Source: Hydrolagus affinis (Eukaryota). From it: a stretch of DNA of 64,000 bases. How positions within the stretch are numbered: the first letter of the stretch is position 1; every line of letters starts with the position of its first letter. Where the stretch lies: positions 1 through 64,000 of the forward strand of contig JAAILG010000102.1 of assembly GCA_012026655.1 (NCBI GenBank), written 5' to 3'. This document shows, piece after piece, positions 52,791-64,000 of this stretch. Both the position numbers and the translations under genes were made by a program. The notes below the pieces were generated by a model. That model did no database searches. It was not told the origin of the DNA and worked only from the letters and a program-made list of their open reading frames with translations.

Positions 52791-55204
52791 TCAGCCTTGA
52801 TGGATTCATACACCAAGTTCCTTGATTCTTCCCCTATATTTCTTAAAAACATCCAACAAAAATCAGAGCAACCCTATTGGTTTTCCCAACAAAATTAAAA
52901 AAAGAACTTTACCCTTTAAACAAAGTCTCAAAAGAAGAGTGCAATGGCATATCACATGTGGTTCTACAAAAATCTTGTGGTTCATCCCGTCAGCAAACCT
53001 TAAAGTTCTGCTCAATATAAAAACATGATCATTTGTTTACCTTCCTTTAAATCTTTCCACTTCGATTGTCAAATCTCAAAAACGTGCCATTTTTCATTTT
53101 TGATAAATCTAAATAACAGGAGATCTACATCAATACATCAGGTTCAATGTGAGTTTTTATTTCCTTATTAATTCTCAGTTTTACATAGCCGCAGACCTCC
53201 AGCAAGATTAAAAAAGAATTCTGTTATAATGCAGATTTACTAGAAGGAGTGTGGAAGGTCTATACTGGTAATTCAGCACATTGCCCTAACATAATGAAGG
53301 AAACTGGTCAATTTTGATGTCCGCTAAGATAGAGCTAAGAAGTCATAATTATCTCACAAGTAATGAGCTAATTCTAGCCGAATTGAGAAAGATTCAGAAG
53401 ATATCCTATTTAATGCATGCACAAACATACATTGAAGCTGGTTAGATAAACTTAAAATTCAATTCAAAAGAAGCAGGTTAGTGCATGTCAATAATATTCT
53501 GAAGCGACATACATTTCTCTGTATAAAATGCTAAATAACATGTTTTTGAAATACATCTTGGAATTGCTGATGATTGACAGCATTTTGCTTATGCAAATTA
53601 ATAATGAAGTGTAAAGCTTAAATTAAAATGGATGTACAGATGTAGATTCCCTGACAATTATGCATATTGAAAATGAAAAATCCCACTTCAATTGAAACTT
53701 GACAGCCACAAGGAGATGAATGAAACACCACAACATTTATTTTGCAGAAATTGTCAAAGCAGTGCCAGGACCATGTACATATTCCTTCTGCAATTCCTAA
53801 CCTTCTTTCGATGACAGGGCAATGAAGATAAGGATGTGCTGAGGAGCTGTCAGTTCGTCTTTGATCAAAAAGCTCAGTCAATTTCTGCCACACTGCGTTC
53901 CTTTCACTATGGTTACAAGCTCCTGTGCCTCATGAAAAGGCCAGAAAACACACTACTCATTCCTGAACATGTGGCCTTGAATGGAGTAGATGGACTGTCA
54001 CAAGCATTGCAAATTAACATAGCAGGGACGTGGGGCAAGATCTAAGGGCATGCTAAATGTGCCTGCAATTGGGCAGTCATTTTACAAAGCACCAATGTCT
54101 GCCGTGGATACAGACGATGGCTGCCCTCCAGTGACCACAACACCACAGTGTTAGAATATTGAGAGAACGGGGGTGAACAAAAAATCACAGATGAATTAAC
54201 ACAGGCAATTTTAAACAGCAAATGTTCTGTTCAGAGAGCTCTTTGTTAAATAATGCTGATTAATATGCTTCGACATTAGGAAGCTTAGCTTATCATTTGT
54301 TAATTAGAAAGAGGAAAATGTGTCACTTCATCCTAAAAGGCTCGCTTCGTTAAGAGTAAGTTTCTTCAAAGCTTTCTGGTGCCCTTGAAATAATGCAAAT
54401 GTAATTAGAATTTTGATGTCCTCCTGAATACATTGTACTTATTCCATTCTCCATTCCCGGCAGAAGGAATGCTTGCTTTGTTTTTAATTTGCAGGCTACA
54501 GTTGCAGCGCTATTTGTACCATTACACAGTCACTTCACCTGACGCCCGGATGAAAGATCAGTGCTTACCATGCAGCAGCCATTTCAGTATTCCTAGCATT
54601 GGCCATTCAACAACTCTGTTTATATGCTAATGTTCAGCATCAGATTTCATATTCACGGAAAGCAATGCCACCAGCTGTCTGCATCCTTAGCTATCGAAGA
54701 CCATGATAGCTTTTATAGCAATAAAATGCAACTGTAAAGATCTCTGTAGGTTCTTTGCTGCACTAACAACTTGTCATCAATAATGCTACTCATTAGAACA
54801 GTAGTAATATTTTCTGTACTCAATATGCTGTTCATTAAGGCAAGGTGACAAGTTTAATATTGATAAATTGTTAAGAATATGGATAGCTAAGGTGCCAGAT
54901 TTACTAGGCAAGAAGTACTGTGCTATTTAGTGTTTTCCACTTTATAGTTTTTCGAATATCCAATAATTCTAAAATTACTAACAGTTTCCCTGAAGCACAG
55001 CAGCAGCAAGTTACCATTTTGTTAAAGTCTTGGGAACTCAATAAATGAAGATGATTCCTTACAAGTACTTAATTGTTGCTTTCAAGTGTTTATTGATAAT
55101 CTATAGATCTGTGCTACATTTACACACAGACTTGTAGATTATTTAAAAGTCTGGTTTGCAAAAAAACATGCAGATAGTAAACGCCACAAGATTTACTCCC
55201 AGTG

Positions 55205-55322
55205 GTTTTGCCTACAAAACAAAGTTAATTCACTTGATAGTATGTTCTGTGAAGCACTTTGAGACGTCTATAAGACGTGATAAGGCGCTATATCAAATGC
55301 AAGGTTTATCATTCTTATTATT
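55205..55322 (+). mobile_element. SINE 3' fragment
   Basis: AATTCACTTGATAGTATGTTCTGTGAAGCACTTTGAGACGTC...GATAAGGCGCTATATCAAATGCAAGG. Confidence 0.85.
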
Positions 55323-55348
55323 TATCAGATTGAAACTTGCCCACACAC

Positions 55349-55560
55349 GGGAGAAATTCCACCTAGGTCTAGATTTACTCTGTTCTGTAACATTTCACAG
55401 CTTTCCAAAACTGACAAATTCTTCAAAACAGCCTTAATTTTGAAGCCGTTTCTCTGGACATCTTTGAATAATTAAAGAAAACCAACTTCAAAGTTAACAT
55501 TGAATTCAGCAATGCTGCATAAATAGAGTTGGATGTCGAGACCCGGGTGGAATTTGTCCC
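55349..55560. mobile_element. MITE-like TIR element, family A copy 2
   Basis: TIRs GGGAGAAATTCCACCTAGGTCT / AGACCCGGGTGGAATTTGTCCC, with internal similarity to 6167-6329. Confidence 0.75.
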
Positions 55561-57049
55561 TGATATAATGCTTCAACTGAGTCGTACAAAACAAACACTG
55601 CTGCCGTCATCACACTCCGAAAACCACAAGTAAATAGGTTGATTCTGAAATTCATTCCAAGAATGTGGCAGCATGCAGCCATTAAGAACCCTCACACAGC
55701 GCATCCTTCGATCTGCCATGCTCATTTCAGGAATATAACATTTTATCACGCACTAATGCCCATTTATGAGGCCAATTATATTGCGAAGATAATACAGTCA
55801 ACATCATGCTTGACAACATTTCAGGAAGCAAATAAGACACTTTTCTCATTACATTGTGGCTCACTTGACAAAATAATTCAGAGCAAAGAAAACCCTGTTG
55901 GTGACTCTTGACTGCCAAAAATATTGTTTGTATTCCAGCAAAATGTGAAACAAATTTACCATTCCTGCTTCTCAATGAATGATTCTATTCAATATACTGT
56001 TTACTTTATTTTCAACAACAGTTCGATAAAAGACCCCTGTGTAATTTTGATGGGAAATCTTCCTGATCAATGAAACTATTGTGATAAGAAACAGGTTAGG
56101 CAATTTTTGACAAATACTGATGTACAAATGTACTTGAAGTGGTACAACAAATCCATTTTTTGTTAAATTGCAGAAGATGCAATTGTAACACATTTCCTTT
56201 CAAGGTCGAAGATTAAATATCGTCGTGTTTTTCATGTTTTTCGAAAATGACAGGACCAATGCACAGCTTTCATTTTTTTTAAAAAAGGCAAATAATTAAC
56301 CTTTTGCAGACATGTTGTCTGTTTGTACATTCTATACATGACTAGATAAGAAATATTTTAATGACGTTTTAGTAACTGAAGTATTATGCCGGAATAATGG
56401 CCACTGGAGATTCCCTGTAACTATATGCATCGTGCTCTTGTTTAAGTCCCCAATTTCACAAAAAGGGCCTGTAATTTCAGGTGCCAGAAGCATGAATGAC
56501 ATGGGCAGGCAAGTTGAATAACAATGATCCTTGTTCAAATTTGAACTAAGTTCCTGACATGCAGCAATTTATTGTATTAAAAACACCTCAAAGTTCAAGA
56601 AACTACCAATTTTAATGAATCTACAATGAAAGAAAACCACTTGCTCCTGACAAAGCTCTAGCAATTTGGCATTGCACCAACATTTCCTTACGTTTCGGAA
56701 ATAGATTTGTTGTGCTGCAAGGGCCTGTTAATGATTATATGGTATTTGAATGTGGCAATGGCTCTGGTCTAGTAGATGTTGCTTTGATGGTTGAGATATG
56801 AGCAATCCCAAACCAGAGGTAAAATATTCCTAAGAGATGTTGAGAAAGGGCAGTTTATTTTTCTTGCAATTGTCCAGCTCAGAATCCTTTGTCAGCATTC
56901 TAGCCTGGTTAAGGAATATATTGGAATAATTAATCCAATCCAGCCTCCGAGACTTTTAAATCCCCACTAACTGCTTTCAAGCCACTTTTCCTCCTTCTGT
57001 AGTTAAAATGAATGAACGTCTCGCTTTAGTTTGTATTTCCAACATTGAC

Positions 57050-57440
57050 ATCTGCATTGAGTCCATCCTCAAGAAGATTCACTCAACTGCTACTACTTTC
57101 CCCAGTGACGCTGCTGCCTCCACCCTCTCTACCACCTCGAGAATCTTCACAACCCATCGCATAGACTCCACTTGCCCTGCCTATCAGACCTCCAAACTTG
57201 TCTTTCCCTTCTCCCTTATTTCCTGTACGGACCACACAATCTGCTCCCTTGACCCAATCCATACACCACAACTGGCCTCCAAGCTTCCCCTCCTAGCCGA
57301 CATCAACAACCACATCTCCACCACTGCAGTACTTTCCCTCCCCAATACATGCTTTAAAAACCACCAGCACGACCCTCATGTTCACTTTTAATTTCTTCCA
57401 TACCCTCATCCCACCCTATCTCTGTTATCTCATGCAATCC
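57050..57440 (+). mobile_element. Decayed L2 ORF2 internal fragment
   Basis: C-rich tract translating CSLDPIH..QLASKLPLLADINN...FK (cf. L2 CSLDPIPT.LL...LADIIN.S). Confidence 0.65.
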
Positions 57441-57465
57441 AACAGACCTCCCTGCTCACTTTCCT

Positions 57466-57624
57466 AAAATAATAATAAATTGGTCATTTCAATCAACGAC
57501 TGTTTGTGGGCTGCCACGTTTTACCCACAAAATACAGTCAATTCATTTTTCAGCATATTCTGTGAAGTGCTTTGAGACGTCTAGAAGATGTGAAAAGTGC
57601 TATATCAAATGCAAGGATTATTAT
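57466..57624 (+). mobile_element. 5'-truncated tRNA-SINE with an internal deletion
   Basis: AAATTGGTCATTTCAATCAACGACTGTTTGTGGG|CTGCCACGTTT...GTGCTTTGAGACGTCTAGAAGATGTGAAAAG...GGATTATTAT. Confidence 0.88.
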
Positions 57625-59936
57625 GGTATTTCATTACTGTGCTACTTTTCTATTAGGGTCACATTTTTTCCCCTCTCTCCTCCAGAAGGTGTTGACAAGT
57701 GTTGGAGAATGCTTCAACATATGTGAGCTGTTCTCAGTATGTAGCCTGGAGGATTGTGGCAATCCCCACTGCCACCCTTGATCGTGCCATTAACCAACGT
57801 GCAACCAACATACAGACGTAAACCTATTTTTCCTTGGAATGCCCTGCGAGCAGTGGGATCAATTACAACACTCCTGGGTCAAACCTGGGACTTTGCATTG
57901 TTCAGACTACCAGTATGTACTGAATCAACCAAATAAGCAACTCGCTTAGCATTATAATCTGTGCGCAAAGGTTATGTATCCAAAGATTAAAACTATTTTG
58001 ACACTTAATATCAAATGAGAGCGTTGCCAAAGGGGAATTATATTTTGACCAAACAATCTGCCTTGGTGACGGAACAGAATTCAAACTGACTGGGGTCTCG
58101 GATGGCCACCAAGACCCTGACAAACTATCTTGTCTCCCACAGAGATGTATCACCAGCCATCTCTGCCCTTTGTGTGGTTTATGTCAGTTTTGCCACCTCT
58201 CATCTCATACTGCAAGTTTTTCGAGCAAAAATATAGGAAAATCTCAGAGAAAGAGGAACTTAAGACAAATAGCATATCCAGGTTTTATTTTAACACAAGG
58301 CTGGAAAGTATCCAATCAAATAACAACTGTCCAATGAAGTCGTGCAGGTGATCTACACGGTGACATGTTTGACCACTGGGGTCCGTCCCCTCTCAACTCT
58401 GGTTGTTGAAGTTCTTTCCCACCTGTTAGAAGCAGTCAACGCATCAAACATAGGATATTTTATACAATCACAGAGATACAATCCTCTTGTGATTTTTTTG
58501 GGGGGGCTGATTCTCCACATAAACATTCAAACAATCACCACAATTTTTGGAAGAGATGCAACCAAATTTAGTTGGTCTACATCAAATGCCAAGTAAAGAT
58601 GCTGAGCTCCATTTACATTCCATTGATCATTCAATCCAAGCTCTAATTACTCCACTCTGGTCACTCCAGTGTGTCCCCATCTGACCTTTCCCCCCTACAT
58701 TTTTACACAATGAGCCTCTCATTACTTCAAGCAACCCAAGGAATCTCTTCCCAGCACCAATGACTTGAGCATAAATTAAGCAAGCAATGTCTGCATTCGA
58801 AATCCCCATCATCATAAAAAGCTAACATTACCCTGTGAACTGATCTAAGAAGCAAAAACATTATACAACCAAGGATCAATTTCCAGAAGACAATGTCATT
58901 ACGAATGAGACAGCTGGCAAGTACTCAAAAAAAAGCCGTGCAAGTTATGTACACATTTGCCGCACCCTATTATGTAAAATACAATAATTTCCATAAAATA
59001 TTCAATTATATTGTAATAATTTTACATATAGTTGCTTCAGACTAGATCCGCTGAAATAGAATGCTGGAAGAAATGCCACTACAGCCCTCTAAGGTTTAAT
59101 AATAGCAATAATTAAGTTACAGATGGTTAACATTTATTGATGTAATGCATTAGAACAATACGCCAACACTCTCTCATGCAGCAGTAAATCACATCTCTCT
59201 GGAGAACCTATTATTCCTAATATATGAATGTGTTTAACATAAAATAAAGTTTTATAAATTATGAGATTTCCAGAGGTCACAAGCTGCAAGCCCAGATCAT
59301 TGCTTCAAGGAATGGTTTATTGAAAAAATGTTGTGCCAATTACTTCTGTGTTTTTTGTGCCTTCAAAAATATGCCAAATAACTTTATGTGGGGATAGTGA
59401 AGGATTTCTGGCACTATTTACCCAATATCCTGGAAGCAGACTAGTCTGAGCCAAAAATAATAAACATTTAAGACATTATCTGGGAAGTGTTGCTTTCCCT
59501 TTCTGGGGAAATACATTGAGACATCTTCACACAACAGAGCTGTGAGGCATTACCTGAGCAGCCCTGCTAGTTTAGAGAACAAGTCAACTTATTTAGTCTT
59601 TAAAAGGCAAAGAGTTTTCCCTATTCTAATGTCATATTTTAACAGAAAGTAGGCAAAAGATTACCTTCGAGTGGATGTACAAAAACAACTTCAATGACTA
59701 GCCCAATGAAGCAATGTGTTGGTGTGCTAATATCTCCTGCCATAGTGTGCAGTCTGTCTGAGCTGTCTGAGGCTGAGACTCGAGAGGGAGAGAGAAAACT
59801 GGAGGATGGATCAAGCTGCATAGCTTTCGAATGTCTCCCAACAGTGAGTTCAAGAACTGAATAATAGGATCTTGGAAATGGGTCACCAGCTCAACGTCTT
59901 GTTTGTGGGTTACGGCTGAGAGGTCCTAAAGAGTGC

Positions 59937-60001
59937 AAAACAAATGACTGAAAAAAGACTACACCAAAACACAGAAAAATAAAACAAATGACTGAAAAAA
60001 G
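59937..60001. repeat. Direct repeat, 21 bp identical at a 44-bp period
   Basis: AAAACAAATGACTGAAAAAAG at 59937-59957 and 59981-60001. Confidence 0.85.
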
Positions 60002-60639
60002 GATGCATGAATACAGGAAAAATATAGTCTCTTTATTCACAGACTGCTTCAGTGGTTAGTTAAGCAGCAAAAATATGCCTGCACAGATTTGGAAATTGTG
60101 TTTCCATTTTTCCACAATATAAATCTACGAATCAAGACCTAAATCACGTCAGCAATCAACATTCCTCATCATTTGGGAGTGATGCAACATTATCTGAAAC
60201 TGCAGTTCCTTCCACTAAATTTATTATTGATAATAATTCTTGCATTTGCTATTGTTTCTTGGGAGGAAAGACTGCATCTTGTAGGCAAATGCCTAAATTC
60301 ACCATTATCAAACAGAAAAATCGCAAACAAAATCCTGCAAATCCTTCACAATCCATTTTCATATGGCTGCAATAAGGTTTTGATCTAATAAGTTAGAACC
60401 AGGCCTTTATTACATGAAATTGTTTACCAAAGTTTTGCAGTAGATTTCTGAAGCATTGTGGTATCTAAAGATAAAATCTGTTACATTTGTTCAATTATAA
60501 TCAAAACCGTGACTAGTGCAATGATGCTCCAAAATGCAGAGTGCTCCTGCTCATTTAACATCGGTGATTACTGAGGAACCAAACATTATCTTTTAAGCAT
60601 TTCACATTTTATGCCACACAGACAGGAATCATCAGGCTT

Positions 60640-60990
60640 TTCATCTATTGAGTCTTCAATGCATTCATTACATGTTTCACAAAGAAGTATTTTAGGTCTC
60701 TTGAAGTGATAGTGGAGGATAGGTATACTGTCCTGTATGGAACCAAAAAAACTAAGGACCAAAAAATGCCTCATTTTTGTTTAAGCATGAATCTTTAAAT
60801 GAATAAAGCAGCAAAATAATATTGCTCGCAATGTAAGCCAAATTACAAGAGCAGGATATCCTTAGTCTTGTTCAAAGCAGTGGTTGAGAAACAAGGTCCA
60901 AAAAGACACAAAGATAGCATAATATCTTGAGTCATTGCTATTTTCAATAAAGATTGGATCCAGATCTGTAATGTGGGTGTCTGATCTTGT
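60640..60990 (-). mobile_element. Highly decayed L2/CR1 RT remnant
   Basis: Reverse complement has remnants in the expected order: LLKIA, ACTGCTTTGA...GATATCCTGCTC (cf. AFD...DILL) and GSIQDSIP (cf. GVPQGSIL). Confidence 0.35.
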
Positions 60991-61509
60991 TAGAAGCAAT
61001 GAGCTTTTTTTTAACCACAAACAAGAAAGCATTCAGCTTTTCCAGGGGAACTTGAGGGTTTTTTTTTTTTACATGTAATGTCTATTGTAAAATATTGGGT
61101 AACATATAGGTTGACCTGTATTTCAAAATAAAGATATAACCACACAAATAAAAATTATCTGTAAAAGCAACAAAGCCATACATTTCCTGATGCAAATCCA
61201 ATGTCTGATTCACATAAAGCTTTGTTGTTTTTACCATGAAACCGATTACTCCAAATAGATATGTTTTCTATTTAGCCAAAATTAGAAAGCTAATCTTTTT
61301 TAATTTCTTCCTGTCTTTAGGTAATAAATACAATTTATTTCCTGTGCAGCCCGGAGGACTCCAAATAATGCCACTACACATGGAATGCTTATGGCAAAGT
61401 CAAACCTGGGCCAATTGTGATAGTTTAACTCCATGACCCAGGACCAACTAAGACAGTCCTCTTTCAAAATGTAATTGAGTTTCTAAAAATCTGATACTGT
61501 GCAAAAAAC

Positions 61510-61735
61510 TATAATAGTATTTATAATAACACCCTTCACCCAGAAAACTGTGTTGGACACCTGCACAATAGAAGGGATTGATGGCAAACATGGGGAGGAA
61601 AGGGATCTGACTCTAGGTGCAGTCTAAAAGTTAAATGTTAAAATTGGATTTAAAGATAGATAAAGAAGGGGCAAGGTGGAGAGGTTTATTATTAGTGTGA
61701 CATTGTGGCCGGGGTATAGTGGCTGAAAGTATGTG
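61510..61735 (-). mobile_element. Decayed L2 3' end
   Basis: Tail-like TATTTATAATAACACCCTTCAC, plus GGGTATAGTGGCTGAAAG matching the L2 piece at ~24995-25011. Confidence 0.55.
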
Positions 61736-62860
61736 GAAGCGTCGGGGGAATTGTGTACATAGCACAAAGTCAAAGGATAAACCAAGGAATTGGTTTAATC
61801 ACCATACAGAATTTTTATGGTCGCAACCATTGTTTGGACTTTGGATTGTCAGAGACATGTAAATGTTGCATTTAAAATTGTCACTAACATTCATGAGATA
61901 AATATACAAATCAACATTTCATAATTTTTAAAATTAGTATGCAATCCATTGATTACTTCATACGTAATGCAGTATTAGCGATTCATTCTGTAAACAGATC
62001 ATTTAAACTTCTGAGCATCAGATTTCTACACTATTTTCAAAATGATAATTTGTTTTCTGCTTTATGCCATCTTGCCATCTCATATAATAGCATATAACAG
62101 AGGCGGAACATTGTAAAGACAAGGAAATCTTATTTGGCCCTCTTTTCTCTTTCAACTCCAACTAGTCACTTTCTTATTACAGTATCTATAGAGCTGAACC
62201 ATTCTATAAATTGTTGCCTACAGATCCCCTTTTTCTCCAGAAATGCACCTGGTTGCCTCTTGAATTTAAATCAAGACAATTTGCTTCAACGGCCCTCTGT
62301 GGCAACTTCCTCTTCGAGTCTATTATCCTTTTGTGTCACGTGTTAAAACTCTTTAAACTACTCAGTCACAGTTTTAGGCTTCACTTGACTGCTTACAAAC
62401 CTTTATGTCACGATGGAATGTTCTTTATTCTTTATTTCAATTCAGCGTCATGATGACAATTAGATGAAAAAACGAAGCAGACTTTTTAAAATATATTCTG
62501 TCGACTTTTGGAAAATGGGCTAAACCCTGGTACCAAACTTGGTTAAATTTATCGAACTAAGTCAAATCTTCATACTGGCTAGTGGATCAAGGCTAAGCAG
62601 GTTGGTTAATAATCAGGCTGTGCAATTCTTCTGCACAGGTGACATTTTATATATTATAGTATCTGGCAGTGTCGGAACAGTGAGCACAAGTATTTTTTTT
62701 AAAAGATTTTATTTATTTGCAATTATTTTAGTAAATTGGGCTTAACAATTCAAGTAGATGGTTTAGAATTAATATGTCACTAATAGGTCTTTCTTGTTTT
62801 AATAGCTTTGTTATTGTAATGTTCATAATTTCTCGGCACAAATAATACATGAGCTGAAAG

Positions 62861-62960
62861 TAATAATAATCCTTGTATTTGATACAGCACCTGTAACATC
62901 GAGAATGTCTTAAAAGGCTTCATAAAGTTTCTACTGTGTGGTGACTATATTTGTAGGACA
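62861..62960 (-). mobile_element. Decayed SINE tail
   Basis: TAATAATAATCCTTGTATTTGATACAGCACC...GTCTTAAAAGGCTTCA. Confidence 0.65.
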
Positions 62961-64000
62961 CAGCGGATCAGCCCACAGAGAAGAGGAGCTTTTAAAGTCC
63001 ATTAGTAAGCTCTGGGTTAAAATGGGGTACAACAATATTTTAAAGATGTGCAATGCACTGTGAAATATGCATAGGAGACCTAGTTATGGTTATTGTAGCA
63101 AACACCTTTAAAATTTAAAATTGTGCTGCATGAAGATTTGTGTTCTCCACTATGTGCTGATACACTTGAGGCTGTGTAGTGACCTGGGTCATCCTTGATT
63201 ACATATTTCCACTGACTCTATCAATTGTTTTTTTTTCAGATCCACACCATCTCAGTGGCAGCATTTATTTCAATTTACTGAAGGTAAATAAGACAATCAG
63301 AAGATCAGTCACTGCATTTATGTAAATTCATTAGTTTACTAGTATTTCCAAATAGACCTGGGAATATATTGTGGTGGCTCTTTTGAAAGATATAAATTTC
63401 CAAAGGAAAATAGAGGAACTTGCAGCCCCAACTATCGAACAATAATTTACTTGTTCACTTTAGATGATTGGGCACAAGAGTTCAGAGACATCAACTTGAA
63501 GACAGTTTTTGTTAAAACTGCAATTACAAAACTGCTGCCTAAACACAATCCCAATTCAATATGCTATTATATCCATAATTCATGCATTATGTCTATCCAA
63601 TACCTTTCAAAAACAATTAACTGTACATACTGCTAAAAGTGAGAACATCTGGTGTATATAAAAGTACCATAGATCCCCTTGTCTTGTGCGTTTTATATAA
63701 TGAGAGTGACCTATGATCACAATGACACCTCAGCAGGCTAGTGTATCCCATGGGGCCAGAAGAAAGATAGCAAAATACCAAAACAGCTTAACCATTCTTC
63801 TTGCAATGTCGGGTGCAAGGTGTGGCTGCAAACAATTGGTACCTATGCTCGAGAACTGAGCTTTAGAAACTAGAAATCCAGCTCTTCAATATGCTAAACG
63901 TGTGATATTTCTCAGCACTTTGTACAGATAGCTGAACGGTTCCAATTAGACTATTTTTCCCCCTCAATCGGCTTGTGATTTTGTTGCTCAGTTGCTATTT

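Noticed and set aside
58342-58596. Possible LINE endonuclease remnant (VIY...LVIFLGG..HIN)
   Set aside because: The resemblance is too weak to call without an HMM search.
59937-60001. CRISPR-like repeat-spacer-repeat
   Set aside because: Only two A-rich units in vertebrate DNA with no cas genes; it is a simple tandem duplication.

Overview
AT-rich, CpG-poor vertebrate non-coding DNA (a large intron or gene desert). The repeat content points to a cartilaginous fish, plausibly a holocephalan such as Callorhinchus; this is an inference. I recognise no protein-coding gene, rRNA, true tRNA or CRISPR array. The only ORFs resembling proteins are LINE fragments (CR1 at ~148-694, L2 at ~20.8-21.7 kb, plus decayed pieces). 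The window holds six near full-length and several partial copies of a tRNA-headed SINE with a Deu-like core and an L2-type tail, older SacSINE1/AmnSINE-like Deu-SINEs, and LF-SINE-like and Penelope-like remnants. It also has two terminal-inverted-repeat families I cannot name, a probable Helitron 5' end, a pri-miRNA-shaped hairpin and several enhancer-like motif clusters. Family names come from remembered consensus motifs, not searches. I found no convincing novel biological system; the findings are leads.
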